A DNA stretch of 64,000 nt from the human T2T-CHM13v2.0 reference genome, Homo sapiens. The stretch is taken from the NCBI RefSeq assembly GCF_009914755.1, contig NC_060947.1. One strand, written 5' to 3'. The translations under genes were made by a program, and so were the position numbers. The stretch's first letter is position 1. Each line of letters begins with the position of its first letter. Shown here in pieces: positions 1 to 12,957 of the stretch. The notes beneath the pieces were generated by a model, which had not been told where the DNA came from, made no database searches, and saw only the letters and a list, made by a program, of their open reading frames with translations.

Positions 1-1070
1 GTTGTATTGAAAATTGTACGTTTGAAAAAAATTACCACCTCTAAGGTTTATTCTAGGATATTAGGTCATGTCTTGAGTCTTGGTACCAGGCTGGAGGGAA
101 AGCCTAAGGTCTTTTCAGGTCTTTTCTGGTTATGCATCTTTTTTTTAATCCCTGTGTGGATTTTTCAATTTTCCTATATATATGAATGCTTTCAAATGTC
201 TTAATTTCTCAGGAGTATCACTTCATCTTCTCCTTGGAGCCTAAAATGTTCTATTGTATTCCTCTACCTGTAATCTCTTGCCTCAGACATGTGGGTCTGT
301 AGTACAGTTCACATAAGCTGTGGTTGCTGTTTTTATGACTTTCCTTGCCTGAGATCCAAGATATGCTGTTTTTTTTTCCCATCTGAGCTCTGAGTCTTGG
401 CTCAGGAGAAAGACACATGAGGTCCTGAGGCAGTTCCCAGACAGAGCAGAATATTGCTAATGTGTCCTGTGACCTCTGGTTTGAGGGAGGGAATTTGGAA
501 CTGAATTGTTGCTTCCTTCTGACCAAACTGCCATGTGCCAGAAATGGCATGGAACAAGGGTAAGTAAAAATGCCAGCCAGGCAGGGTGGCTCATGCCTGC
601 AATCCCGGCACTTTGGGAGGCCAAGATGGGGACACTGCTTGAGGCCAAGAGTTTGAAACAAGCCTGAGAAACATAGCAAGGCCCCCTTTAGACAAAAATA
701 AGCAAAAAGTAGATGGGCATTGTGATGCATGCCTGTAGTCTGAGCTCCTCAGGAGGCAGAAACAGAGAATTACTTGAGCCCAGGAGTTTGAAGATGCAGT
801 GAGCTATAATTGTGCCACTTCACTCCAGCCTAGGTGACAGAGTGAGTCCCCGTCTTTCTAAAAAACAAAAAGCCACAAAATGGTTCTGTTGTCTTGAATG
901 TGGCTTTTTTATAATCAGGCATTTTTTTATTGCTGCTGATCTTTGACTATTTTCTAGAGCTTCAATAGAGATTTTAGTGAGTCTTTTTTTCGTTTGTTTT
1001 TTAATGTTTCAATGTGGGGGACTAAAGGCCTGGAGCTTCCTAGTCAGTTATCTTGCTGAAATCACACCCT
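1..1070 (-). mobile_element. Old L1 (L1M4-like) 5' region, split by an Alu
   Basis: Ends in ...gcttcctagtcagttatcttgctgaaatcac, resembling the antisense 5' terminus of old L1M elements; boundaries approximate. Confidence 0.55.
575..871 (+). mobile_element. AluJ SINE
   Basis: agccaggcagggtggctcatgcctgcaatccc...cactccagcctaggtgacagagtgag, dimer with A-rich tail, highly diverged. Confidence 0.92.
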
Positions 1071-1281
1071 TCTACCTAATTTTTTAAATACTTATTCTCA
1101 GATTTTATTTTAAATATAAATGTGTAGTTTACAGTTGATAAATTTAAAAGTATGAAGTATCAGTAAAGATAGATGATAAAATACTACAAATAGAAAGAAG
1201 ACATGGCAATATGAATAAATAAAGTATAAAAAAGGTGAAAATTGTGTTCTCTAATTTGTAGTTTTTTGAAGGAAGAGCACC

Positions 1282-1338
1282 TGTGTGTGTGTGTGTGCGT
1301 GCGCATGTGCATGTGTGCTTAAGAGAAAGAGAGAGAGA
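1282..1338. repeat. (TG)n / (GA)n microsatellite
   Basis: tgtgtgtgtgtgtgtgcgtgcgcatgtg...gagagagag. Confidence 0.85.
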
Positions 1339-1473
1339 TTTAGAGTGTATTATTTAGAGAAAATGTGCTGTTTGATGCTCTGGATACATTTTTCCCAGAG
1401 GTCAGCCCCACTACAGATTTTACATTGTTTGTTCACATGAGTTAATAAATTCCACATTCTTGCTTAATGTAGC

Positions 1474-1861
1474 TGTGTTAGTCCCTTTTGTGTTGCTATA
1501 AAGGAATACCTGAGACGTGGTTATTTATAAAGAAAAGTAGTTTATTTTGGCTCATGGTTCTGCAGGTTGTACAAGCATGACGCCTGCATCTGCTTTGCTT
1601 CTGGTGGGGACTCAGGAAGCTTTTACTCATGGTGGAAGGTGAAGGAGGGGCCAGTGTATCACATAGTGAGAGAGGAAGTAAGAGAGAGAAGGAGGTGCCA
1701 GGCTCTTTTAAACAACCTCTCACATGGACTAATATAGAGGGAAATTGTTCATCACCAAGGGGATGGCACCAAGCCTTTCACAGAGGATCTGCTCCTATGA
1801 CCCAAATATCTCCCCCCTAGGCCCCACCTCCAACATTGGGGACCACATCCAAACCATAACA
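1474..1861 (-). mobile_element. MST-family (MaLR) solo LTR
   Basis: tgtgttagtcc...ttgctataaaggaatacctgagac...catccaaaccataaca; TG...CA termini. Confidence 0.9.
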
Positions 1862-1914
1862 CTAACTTAAATTGGTATGCAACTAGAGTCCTGACTAAGT
1901 ACACAAATTATAAA

Positions 1915-2120
1915 CTGCCTAAGATAAATCTAACAACATTTGTGTAAGTTCTATATAAAGAAAACAGCTTTTCTTAAACACATGTAAGTGAGCTTGAATA
2001 ATTGAGATACAAAATATGTTCCTGGATGGAAGATGCCAATTATTCCTAAATCTATCTATAAATTCAATGCAACACCTCTCAAAATACTAAAAGAAGTGTA
2101 TTTTTATCATGTTTCACTAG
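1915..2120 (+). mobile_element. Ancient L1 ORF2 fragment
   Basis: atatgttcctggatggaagatg...ctataaattcaatgcaac resembles degraded L1 ORF2. Confidence 0.5.
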
Positions 2121-2592
2121 AAAAAAGTAATTTGATATCTTAAAATATGTTGCAGTCTGTAGTTAATTGTGTTGTTTACCACATTTCTTATACATTTGAG
2201 ATTTTAGAAAATGTTATGATAAAAATCATACATAACTCAACATCATTATATTTACCAAGTGACAGACCGCATAAGAATCTTTGAATTCATTTTGTAGTAT
2301 GATTTCATTGACTCATACTTTTCTACCTATGAGTATATAGAAGACAGTGTCTTCAAAGTTTGTTTTTCTTGATAGTAAGCAATATCTATGTGTTTTTCAC
2401 CTATTGCATTTTGTTTGAATTTCTATATGAACAGTGATTATTTTAATTTGTATATATTTGCATCTTTATTTTCATAGGGTACAATATTGTTACTGAGACT
2501 TAGGATATTCCAAACATGAATAGAAATTGGACCTTTATAATTTTGATCCAGCCAAAGAATACCCTATTCATGTTGTATTTTCCTTCTATTAG

Positions 2593-2742
2593 AAAAATTC
2601 AGTTGGATAGAAAATAGACCTGATCCTTACTTCATATCTGTGGCACTTCTCAGTATGGAATCCATCTGCCAGAGGACACAATTCATGGTCACCCTTTTGT
2701 ATGAGAGCTGCTTGGTTGCTTCTGAGCAGCATGGTGTCCCTG
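2593..2742 (+). other. Candidate 150-nt phase 1-1 exon (KFSWIENRPDPYFISVALLSMESICQRTQFMVTLLYESCLVASEQHGVP), gene unidentified
   Basis: Acceptor tattttccttctattag|, donor CTG|gtaaga, length a multiple of 3, one frame fully open, non-repeat DNA. Confidence 0.35.
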
Positions 2743-2974
2743 GTAAGAACTTTATCAATCAAGGTTCTCAAGCTTCAGGGGTCCTTGCGTGGCTGAGTCT
2801 GTAATTCCAGACTTTCAAGAGGATATGTAGAGCTTATGATCAGAATCAACTTTTCCATCTTAGATAAATTACATAATATATTTGAAAGAACACCATGGGG
2901 AGTAAAGCAAAATAGCATTCCTTCTTGGCCTGCATCTGTTGTTATTTTTGGATCACTGGTGACAGTTTTATTGA

Positions 2975-3281
2975 TTACGCATTTTTAAAATAGCCTGTGG
3001 AATTATAATGATAGAAAGAACTCCTTGAGAAGAGATCAACATATATTCTAAACCTGGGTTTCCAATTTGTTGGCTTTCCTGTTATACTAGTAGAAGTGGG
3101 ATGACGAATATGTAGGTCTTTTTTGGGGGATTTTCTGTGAATGTAGTTAGGCCTCATCCTCATTTGCTTATAACGTGTAATAACGCTCATCCCAATTCTT
3201 TTGTTCTTTGTCTTCATGTCACTCCCCTCGTGTAAGGAAAATGTCTTACAGCTTCTCACCAGAAGCTTGTTATCATAATAC
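2975..3281 (-). other. Candidate exon with about 100 open codons followed directly by AATAAA
   Basis: Acceptor tcctatgctttaacag|, frame YYDNKLLVRSCK...GYFKNA*, AATAAA at 2972-2967 two nt after the stop. Confidence 0.3.
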
Positions 3282-4074
3282 CTGTTAAAGCATAGGATTC
3301 AGATAGAGTAGAGACCCAGGGATTAATATTACCGACAAGTTAGTGCTAAAATAAACACACAGATGCAGTCCACATATTATTTTATACAATCTTCTCTTGT
3401 TATTTTTATTTTTATTGTACCCGACCAATGTACCTAACCTTCTTTTACAATTATTTTTACCTATTCATTGTATAAATTGAGACAACTATCTTAGAATATG
3501 AAACTGTTAAGGATCAGGAGCAAACTGAGTTAAAAGCCTGGTAGGCTACTATGGAGCCTAGTATGTACTGTGGTATCATGCTAATTCTACAGCTTTTTAC
3601 TTACTGATTTGTGTGTACCTAATTTTTTGTGCTATATCATGTAATAATAAATAATTGAATAATACTCCCTGGCATGTCTATACATTTTAGACAAGCATAG
3701 AATTGTTTTTCTTCAATTTTTTTTTTAGTTTAGTTGCACTTTCCATCCACATTTGGTTGTTTAGGAAACTGAATTTTGCTTTAGCACAATGCTTAGCTTG
3801 AAACTCTGCCAATTTCTTGCTCTTCCACAGTTTATGATGTATTCAAACTAGAGGTTAGGTATTCATCTATCACTTTTGTCAGACCAATCTGAGAATCTGC
3901 CTTTTTTTGATAAGACGGATTGCTAATTTAATGTTGATTACAGCCCCCGCAACCTCCAATCACAGTTCTATCTACTCCATTTCCAACACTGCTGTCAGAA
4001 TTAGTCATACTGTAAAATAGCAGCATTTAGCTTTTGAAGTTTTTGAAGCAAAGTAATTAAATTGGACCGTTTAC

Positions 4075-4493
4075 CTTTGCCCAGTCCGGATTTTTTTCCA
4101 GCAGTTTTGGATGTTTTTGATGCCATAGTTTTGCTGTTGCTCTAGATGTAGCGCTCTTTCTTTTGCAAGCTGACAACCAGACTCTTTGATGATATAGCAC
4201 TTTCATAAAAACAAATTATTCAACTTGTGTTGCCTTATGCAATGCCTGCAGTCAATATTTACTTGAATGACTTTTAAGAGTTACTGTGTCTTCATGAAAC
4301 TGATATTGCACAAAACCTGGCTTGATGGTGGAACAACTACTGAGATTGGTTACAGGCAAGCATTGTTTCCGGCTCTAGCATTGTTCTCTACACAACTATC
4401 TAACTGCTGGGCTGAGTTGATTATCACCCTCAAAGATCAGCAAAAGTAACATTTTCTCTTCACAAGTACCAAAATACAGTGAATTACTCACAG
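4075..4493 (-). other. Candidate internal exon (419 nt, or 125 nt from an acceptor at 4200)
   Basis: Strong acceptor ttttgttgttactatgttttgtcctgttgcag| at 4494, donor AAG|gtaaac at 4074; all frames of the long form contain stops. Confidence 0.3.
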
Positions 4494-4721
4494 CTGCAAC
4501 AGGACAAAACATAGTAACAACAAAAGCATGCACATGTTATTTATTGATCTCTTCTTTTGCTTGGGCTCTTGCCTCAGCTCAGATGCTCAAGGATTTATCT
4601 ATGTTCTTTTCTTATACCTGGTGCCAAGTACAGGGCTGTGTTGTGGATCATAAATATCAGTGAGTGGTGAAGAGTACAGTTAATCGTTGGAGATACATGT
4701 GTGAAAGCACAATACATATAG

Positions 4722-5486
4722 TGAAATGGGAAAAGTTCCCTTGTCCCCCTCCCAGGTCATGTGATGGGGGTGTGGAAGACTTCTTCAGTGCCCCACTGCT
4801 CAAACCTCTAGGGGAGCATACAGATGGGCAGGCTGTGGGTCTCTGACCCCAGGCAGTGTCTACGGGTGAATGTTTAAAGCTCTTGAAGCCCCAGTGGGCA
4901 TTTGTTACAGGGGTGCTTCTTTAGCTTGTCATCTAAAGGCGGCTTGTGTTAGCTCAGTTAGACCCTCTACCTTGTTGTAAGGACAGAGGGCTTTTTGTAT
5001 CCTGGGTTTCTTGCCTTGGTGTACCGGGAAGATTCGAAAACACGTGGGCTTGGAGAATGAGTGCAAGGTTTTATTGAGTGGAAGTAGCTTTCAGCAGATG
5101 GTGGAGCCAGAAGGGAGATGGATTTCCCCTGGAGTTGGGCCGCCTGGTGGCCCAGGCTCTTCTCCGACTGCCCCAGCCAAACTCCGCATCTTTCTGCTGG
5201 TCAGTGGCCTGCCAGCATGCTGGCTCCTGTCGGAGCGTTTGTCGTGGGAGCATTCCTCTCCACGTCCAGCCATCTGTGTGTTCCTCTGCTGATGTGCTCC
5301 TCTCCATGTTCAGTTGCCTCTATCTCCGCCTTGCTAAGGTCTCCGGTTTTTATAGGCACAGGATGGAGGTGTGGCAGGCCAGGGTGGTCTTGCGAAATGC
5401 AACAAAAATGCCTGTCCTCACCTAGGTCCGTGGGGGTGGAGCCCTAGCCAGGGACCACGCCCTCCTCTACCAGCACTCCCATATCA
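4722..5486 (-). mobile_element. ERV1 solo LTR, LTR1-like
   Basis: 765 bp, TG...CA termini, perfect 4-bp TSD atag, minus-strand TATA (cctataaaaa, near 5350) and AATAAA (near 5072); ggacctaggtgaggacaggca motif. Confidence 0.88.
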
Positions 5487-7521
5487 ATAGCAGTAAGTCA
5501 GGTGTGTCTTTAGCCAATTATACTAATTATCTTGGGCTAAATCTAAAATAAGTCAGGCAAGATTTGCAAAAAACATGAAGATTTCTTCCTTTTTTTGAGT
5601 TTTTTGAAAACTTTAAATTACAATTATTGTTTTCATTTCCTGGTATAGAAAATGAAGCTCAGGCAGTTTCAGAATTATATAATGTGTCTCTATTCAATTA
5701 CTCCTGCATAGTCAACCATTCTAATTAATGTGTTTTTTTATTCTTACAAAATGCGCATTTTTTATGTGTACATGTATTTGAAGTTTAAGTATATGATATT
5801 GCATTATATATCTCATTTTTTCTTACTATTCCTACCCAGAATTATGTTTATGTGTACATCTAATCCTTTATTTCCACATAGTATACAATACTCCAGTGTG
5901 TTTTTCCACAATTTTACACTAGCTCTGATGACGTCCCTTATTTCTCCAGCTTTCTGCCATCAAAAACAATGTATGTCATCTTAAGGACATATGGCATAAT
6001 TTCCTAGGAATAATACTCAGGAATAGAATTGATGGATCACTGGGACACATCATTTATGATTACTTAAGGCACAGACACAAATTATTCCTTAAAGGTTTTG
6101 TCAAAAATCTGCTTCTAGAAGAGTTTGTCTTTCTTTGATTGGATATGTGATAAAGGAAGTAGCATTTCCATTTAAAAATAATTGTTCATTTACATTTTCT
6201 ATTCCTTTTGGAGTTGTTTTATTTATTTCCTTTCGCCAGCACATCAGGCTCCAATTTTCTCCTCCTTTTTGCCAACACAAGCAGCCTTTTTCATTTGGAT
6301 GTGTTCTTACAAAATGATTAGTGTTGTTGTATACATATTTTCAATTTACCTATGTGGTTTTTTATCTCTTTTTAACATTTTTTTACTAAGCAGTGTGCAT
6401 TTAATATTAATATCTGTTTATGTTGCTATGTATACATCTAATTTGTTGCTTCTAAATGCAGTATCATAGTTTATGGTGGGCATCCATCTCACTTTACCTA
6501 TCTACCCACCCAATAATGGATACTTAGTTGCATCAGGCTTGCCACCACCACAAATAATATAGCAAATTATATACTAGTATATGTCCTTTTATAAATCTAG
6601 GTGAGAATTTCTTTGTGTTATATATACAGGAGTATAATTGCTGAATCATAGCATATACACATAGTGCTAGATTATTTTCTAGAATATTGTACCAGTGTAC
6701 TCTCACACTAGCAGTAATTGAGCATTTCTGTATTACCACATTTCTGCAAATGTTTACATTTATCCAGCTTTCTACTTGTTTTCAATTTAATACATGTTAA
6801 GTGATACATCAGTTTTAATTGGGATTTCTCTGATTATTGATGTTAGAACATTACCTTGTACATTTGTTAGCTTTTTAAGTTTTCATCTTCCCCATGTTTA
6901 TATTATTTGCATAGTTTTTCTACTTTTATTCCTGTCTTCTTATGATTGAACTGTAGGACAATCATGTATACTGTAGATATTAATCCCTTGTTAGCATTAG
7001 GCATTGCAAATAAATCCTCCTGTCATCTAACTATAAACTTTTTCCATAGTATCTTACACTAAACAGAAATCCTAAATTTTTGATGTCATCCAATTTATAA
7101 ATTTAGCTTTATTGTATGTGCTTTGGATTTTTTTTTTGTGAAAGATCTTCCCCAGATTTAGAATACAAAAATTGTATCCTACATTGTTTTATTAATTTTG
7201 CACTTTTTGATTTTATAGATAGACCTCCAGTGAATCTGGAGTCCATCACTTTAAGTGTAGTCTGAAGAGATACAGGATTTTCTATTTATAGTAAGATAGA
7301 TTTTCTCACGTAATCTCAAATACCATTTTTTCTTTTGATTTTAGGTATCAATTTTGTCATATATTTTCTTATACACATGTGAATCTATTTGTCTCTGAGT
7401 TTCTCATTTGGTCCATTGGAGTATTTGTTAAATATGTGTTCTTGTACCAATACCACACTGTGTTTGTTACTATGATTATGTAGTCTGTTTTGTTTAAATA
7501 TATCAGAAAGCAAGAATTCTG

Positions 7522-7700
7522 TTTTTCTTTTTTTTTGTGGAGACAGGGTCTCCTATGTCACCTCAGACTGGAGTGCAGTGGCTATTCATAGGTGCGAATG
7601 CAGTGCACTGCATCCTCAAACCCCTGGCCTCAAGTGACCCTCCTGCCTGCCTCAGCCTCCTGCGTAGCTGGGAATAAAGGCATGCACCACCATGCCCAGT
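7522..7700 (-). mobile_element. FAM (fossil Alu monomer)
   Basis: Monomer retaining the 7SL-derived segment gcagtggctattcataggtgcg, which dimeric Alus lack. Confidence 0.82.
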
Positions 7701-8039
7701 TTATTTTCTCCTTTTTAATATTGACTTAGCTACTTATAAATCTTTATGTTTCCCTAAACATCTCAGAGTAACTTTATTGTTATTAAAACACAACTGCAAT
7801 TTTTATTTAGACTCTACTTTATACATTTAGTGAGAATTGACTTCTTTTTAATATTGAACTATCTCCTCCAAGAGCATGTTTATGTTTTTCTCTCTATTTA
7901 GATTATCTTAGGGCTTGTATATTCTTGTCTAAGTCCTAGATTTTTTATAAATTTTACTACCAATGTGAATTATATGTCTGAATACATTTACTAATTCATT
8001 AGTGCTAAAATGCTATAAAATGTGATATTAAAAAATTTT

Positions 8040-8150
8040 TAATTATTTTTAAAATTTTTTGTGGGTACATAGTAGGTGTATATATTTATGGGGTACATGA
8101 GATGCTTTAATACAGGGAATAATGTGAAATAAGTACATCATGGAGAGTGA
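8040..8150 (-). mobile_element. L1MA-type 3' terminal fragment
   Basis: ttttgtgggtacatagtaggtgtatatatttatggggtacatgag. Confidence 0.7.
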
Positions 8151-8360
8151 TGTTTATATTTGTTTGTATGTTATATCATTTTCTAAGAAGCATACATTAA
8201 AATCTTCAACTACAATTGTTGCTATATCTATTTCTTGAAACTGCTGTTTCAAAGCCTCCTAACTTCTCAACCAATATACAAGTATAACTTGACTGTTGGT
8301 TCACCTCTGTTGGCACTAACAAAGTAATTCTCGAAATTTTGTAATGCTTTCCTGACAACA

Positions 8361-8660
8361 TTTTTTTCTTATTTTTTTGAGACATGGTCCTGCTCTGTCA
8401 CCCAGGCTTGAGTGCAGTGGTGTGATCTGGCTCACTGCAACATCTGCCCCCCAGGAGTCAAGCGATCCTCCCACCTCAGCCTCCCAAGTAGCTGGGACTA
8501 GAGGTGCACGCCACTATGCCAGGGTAATTTTTGTATTTTTTGTGGAGACGGACTTTCGCCATGTTGCCCAGGCTGGTCTCAAACTCCTGGACTCAAGCGA
8601 TCCACCCGCCTTGGCCTCCCAAAGTGCGGGGATTACAGGCATGAACCATCGCACCCAGCC
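8361..8660 (-). mobile_element. AluJ SINE
   Basis: Full dimer, poly-T, gatcctcccacctcagc and ctcaagcgatcc J-type positions; degenerate TSD tgacaaca/taacaacg. Confidence 0.95.
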
Positions 8661-8671
8661 TAACAACGTCT

Positions 8672-10370
8672 TTTAATCTTTTATTTTGAACTTGTAAACT
8701 TACAGAAAAGTTGCAAAAATAATACAGCGCTCCTATATAACATTTTACCCAACTTCTCCCAATGTTATTGTTACATAATCTTAGTATAATTATCAAAATC
8801 AGGAAATTGACATTAGTAAAAGATTATTTACTAAATACAGACATTACTTCAAAATTCACAAGTTTTTCCATTAGTGCACTTTTTCTCTTTCATAATCTTG
8901 CTCAGGATCCTGCATTGAATTTACTTACTATTTCTGCTTTGTCTTTTCCAATCAGCGACAGTTTATCAATCATCTTTCCTTTTCTTTCATTACCTTGACA
9001 CTTTTGAGAAGCATTGGTCAGTTATTCAGATAGAATGTCCCTCAATTTAAACATTTTCTGATATTTTCCCATAACTAGATTAAGATTATGGGGTTTTTCC
9101 CAAACATATCACAAGATGGTGTTGTGACCTCAGTGTGTCATATTAAGCAGCTCATGATGTCAATAGTCTTATTATTGTTGTTGAACTTGATCACTTGGTT
9201 AAGTTGGATTCTGCTGAGTTTCCCCGTTGTAAAGTTACTATTTTCTCCCTTGCAATTAATAAATGTCTGAGGGAGACACAATGAGACTATGCAAATATCC
9301 TATTTCTCCTCAGACTTTTCTCACACTGATTTTCACATCCATTTAGGGAACTTGCCTGCAGATGTTACTATTTCAGTGTTTGCCTAATGATGACTTTTTG
9401 TTGACCTTATTCCTTTTATGCTTGTTAATTGGAATTGTTTTGCAAGAAATAATTACCTTATTATTTATTTATTTATTCTGTTATTTACATTAGTATCAAC
9501 TCCTGAATACTTATTTTATTCTATGGGCTGACATTTAACACAACCATTGTTTATTTTCTTGCTCAATTTTGTTTCAGCTTCCACCTTTAGGATTTCCTTC
9601 AATTTGGCCCTTGCGTCCTTTTGACAAATCCCCATTTTTTTTTTTTTTTTTTTTTTTGGTCACTTTCTTATTTTCTGGCACCATAGGATTTTCCAGGATC
9701 ATCATGGTTTTCCTTGTCCCAGCTTTAGGTTTAATACATCTCCAAGGAGAAAATTTTGCTTATTTCTGGTATAAACAAAAAGTAATTTCTGAATTGCTAA
9801 CCCAAACCCCTGTGTGAAACATATTTATTAACTAGATTACAGCATTTATGACATTCTTTATGTCCTTTTTTTTGGGATTCTGAAAAAACAGTATCTGGTC
9901 AGGATAGTTTTCCAGATTGGTTCTTACATTAGTTCCTTTCTCCCTCACCACTAGTGTGGTTAACTTATTTATTTTTGATAGAGGTAGGTTGGGGTTTTTT
10001 AAAACTGTCTATATTCCATTTTGGTTTATTTTCATACTTTGGTTTTAATTACTTGCTTATTAATATTTTAAGTTTATGTTACACATTAATATAATTCTGA
10101 GTCTGAGATATAAAACAGTTATAGTCAGAGAAATGTCACATCCTTCTCATCATTATTCCCCTGTATCCTTCCTCCTTTTATTACGAACTCTTCCTCTTTT
10201 TCACATAACCCCAGGCTGAGGCTGTAATCCATCTCTTTACTGTTCATTTTTAACCATTCCTGTGTTTCTTTTGCACCAATACTCAGGGATGTGCGTATCT
10301 TCTGATATGCAATTCTTTCTTACATGAAGGGTGGCATACTAAAGACTTTTTTTGTGCTTTGCTTTTTTCA
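8672..10370 (-). mobile_element. L1MC4/5-like 3' UTR
   Basis: ttattttgaacttgtaaacttacagaaaagttgcaaaaataatac terminus. Confidence 0.68.
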
Positions 10371-10584
10371 TTTACCACTGTTTATTGTTATGACTCATAT
10401 ACCTGGTTTTGATGCCATCCTATTTATTTTTATTTGTAATATATGGTTTTCATTATATTTGCTCTGCTCTTTCTCTATAAGATATGTACTGTATGTTTAT
10501 GTGTGTGTACATTTCATATTGAGAAAGATTTGTTTTCTAGTGGCTGCCTTTATTCTTTTATCTTTGTATGTTTTCACTAATAAA

Positions 10585-11770
<1,186 letters not shown>

Positions 11771-12030
11771 ATCTTCTAAAAAATATGCTTAGTCCCCTGT
11801 TTTTTAAACTAAGCTTTTATTTTTATTATCTGGTTTAGTATCTTTTGTGTGTTTTGTTTTGTTTTTCCTTAATGTTATTTGAAACCCATCTTTACAACTA
11901 TCAGCATTTTCTATTTTTTCTTTTTTCTTCTCCCTTTTCTTTACTTTTTAAAGATGCATTATTTTTATTTTGTGGCAATATATAACATTTGTAAATTAGA
12001 TTTCTACCTTCACCTCCACTTAGGTTTTAG

Positions 12031-12332
<302 letters not shown>

Positions 12333-12740
12333 GGTTTTAGTCTTATGTGTACATTTCTGTTTTGAAATGGTCAGCATTAGTCTTTTTGCAGAATTACCTC
12401 TGTCCTCACTTGTATACTATTCATCCTCCAGCAAATTCCTCAAGAAAGGATAATGGGTGATTATTTCATTAAGTTCTTTTATGTTAAAACTTTTATTTTA
12501 ATACCATTGATATTTAAAGGACACCTTGGGTGGATATAATATTGGTTCATACTTTTTGTTCAATAGTCTAATATTTTAAGTCAACTTTCCATTTTATAGT
12601 AGTTTTAGATTTACAGCAAAATTGCAAAGATAGTAAAGTGTTCCTGTAGACCCCAAACCCAGTTTCCTTTGTTATTATATCTTTTAGTAGCCTGGCATAT
12701 TTGTCATGTTAATACTCCCATACTGATGCATTATTGTTAA

Positions 12741-12957
12741 TCCGCCTCCTGGGTTCAAGTAATTCTCCTGCCTCAGTCTACCAAGCAGCTGGGGCTGTAG
12801 GTGCATGCCACCATGCCTGGCTAGTTTTTATAGTTTTAGTAGAGATGGGGTTCCACCATGTTGGCCATGCTGGTCTTGAACTCCTGACCTCAAATGATCC
12901 GCCTGCCTCAGCCTCCCAAACTGCTGGGATTCCAGGCATAAGCCGCCATACCCAGCC
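12741..12957 (-). mobile_element. AluS fragment lacking its 3' end and poly-A tail
   Basis: Starts abruptly at tccgcctcctgggttcaag and runs to the Alu 5' end (cccagcc). Confidence 0.9.

Larger units (their letters stand above)
5690..8330 (-). mobile_element. Degraded old L1 (L1ME-like) 3' fragments
   Basis: Antisense L1 motifs such as ggaatagaattgatggatca, gagtataattgctgaatcatag, ttgtaccaataccacactg. Confidence 0.6.

Noticed and set aside
251-730. 159-aa minus-strand ORF
   Set aside because: Starts inside an antisense AluJ and runs through old L1 sequence; typical repeat-derived ORF
5011-5447. Several overlapping 60-115 aa ORFs
   Set aside because: All lie in the GC-rich LTR, where stops are scarce; no gag, pol or env motifs
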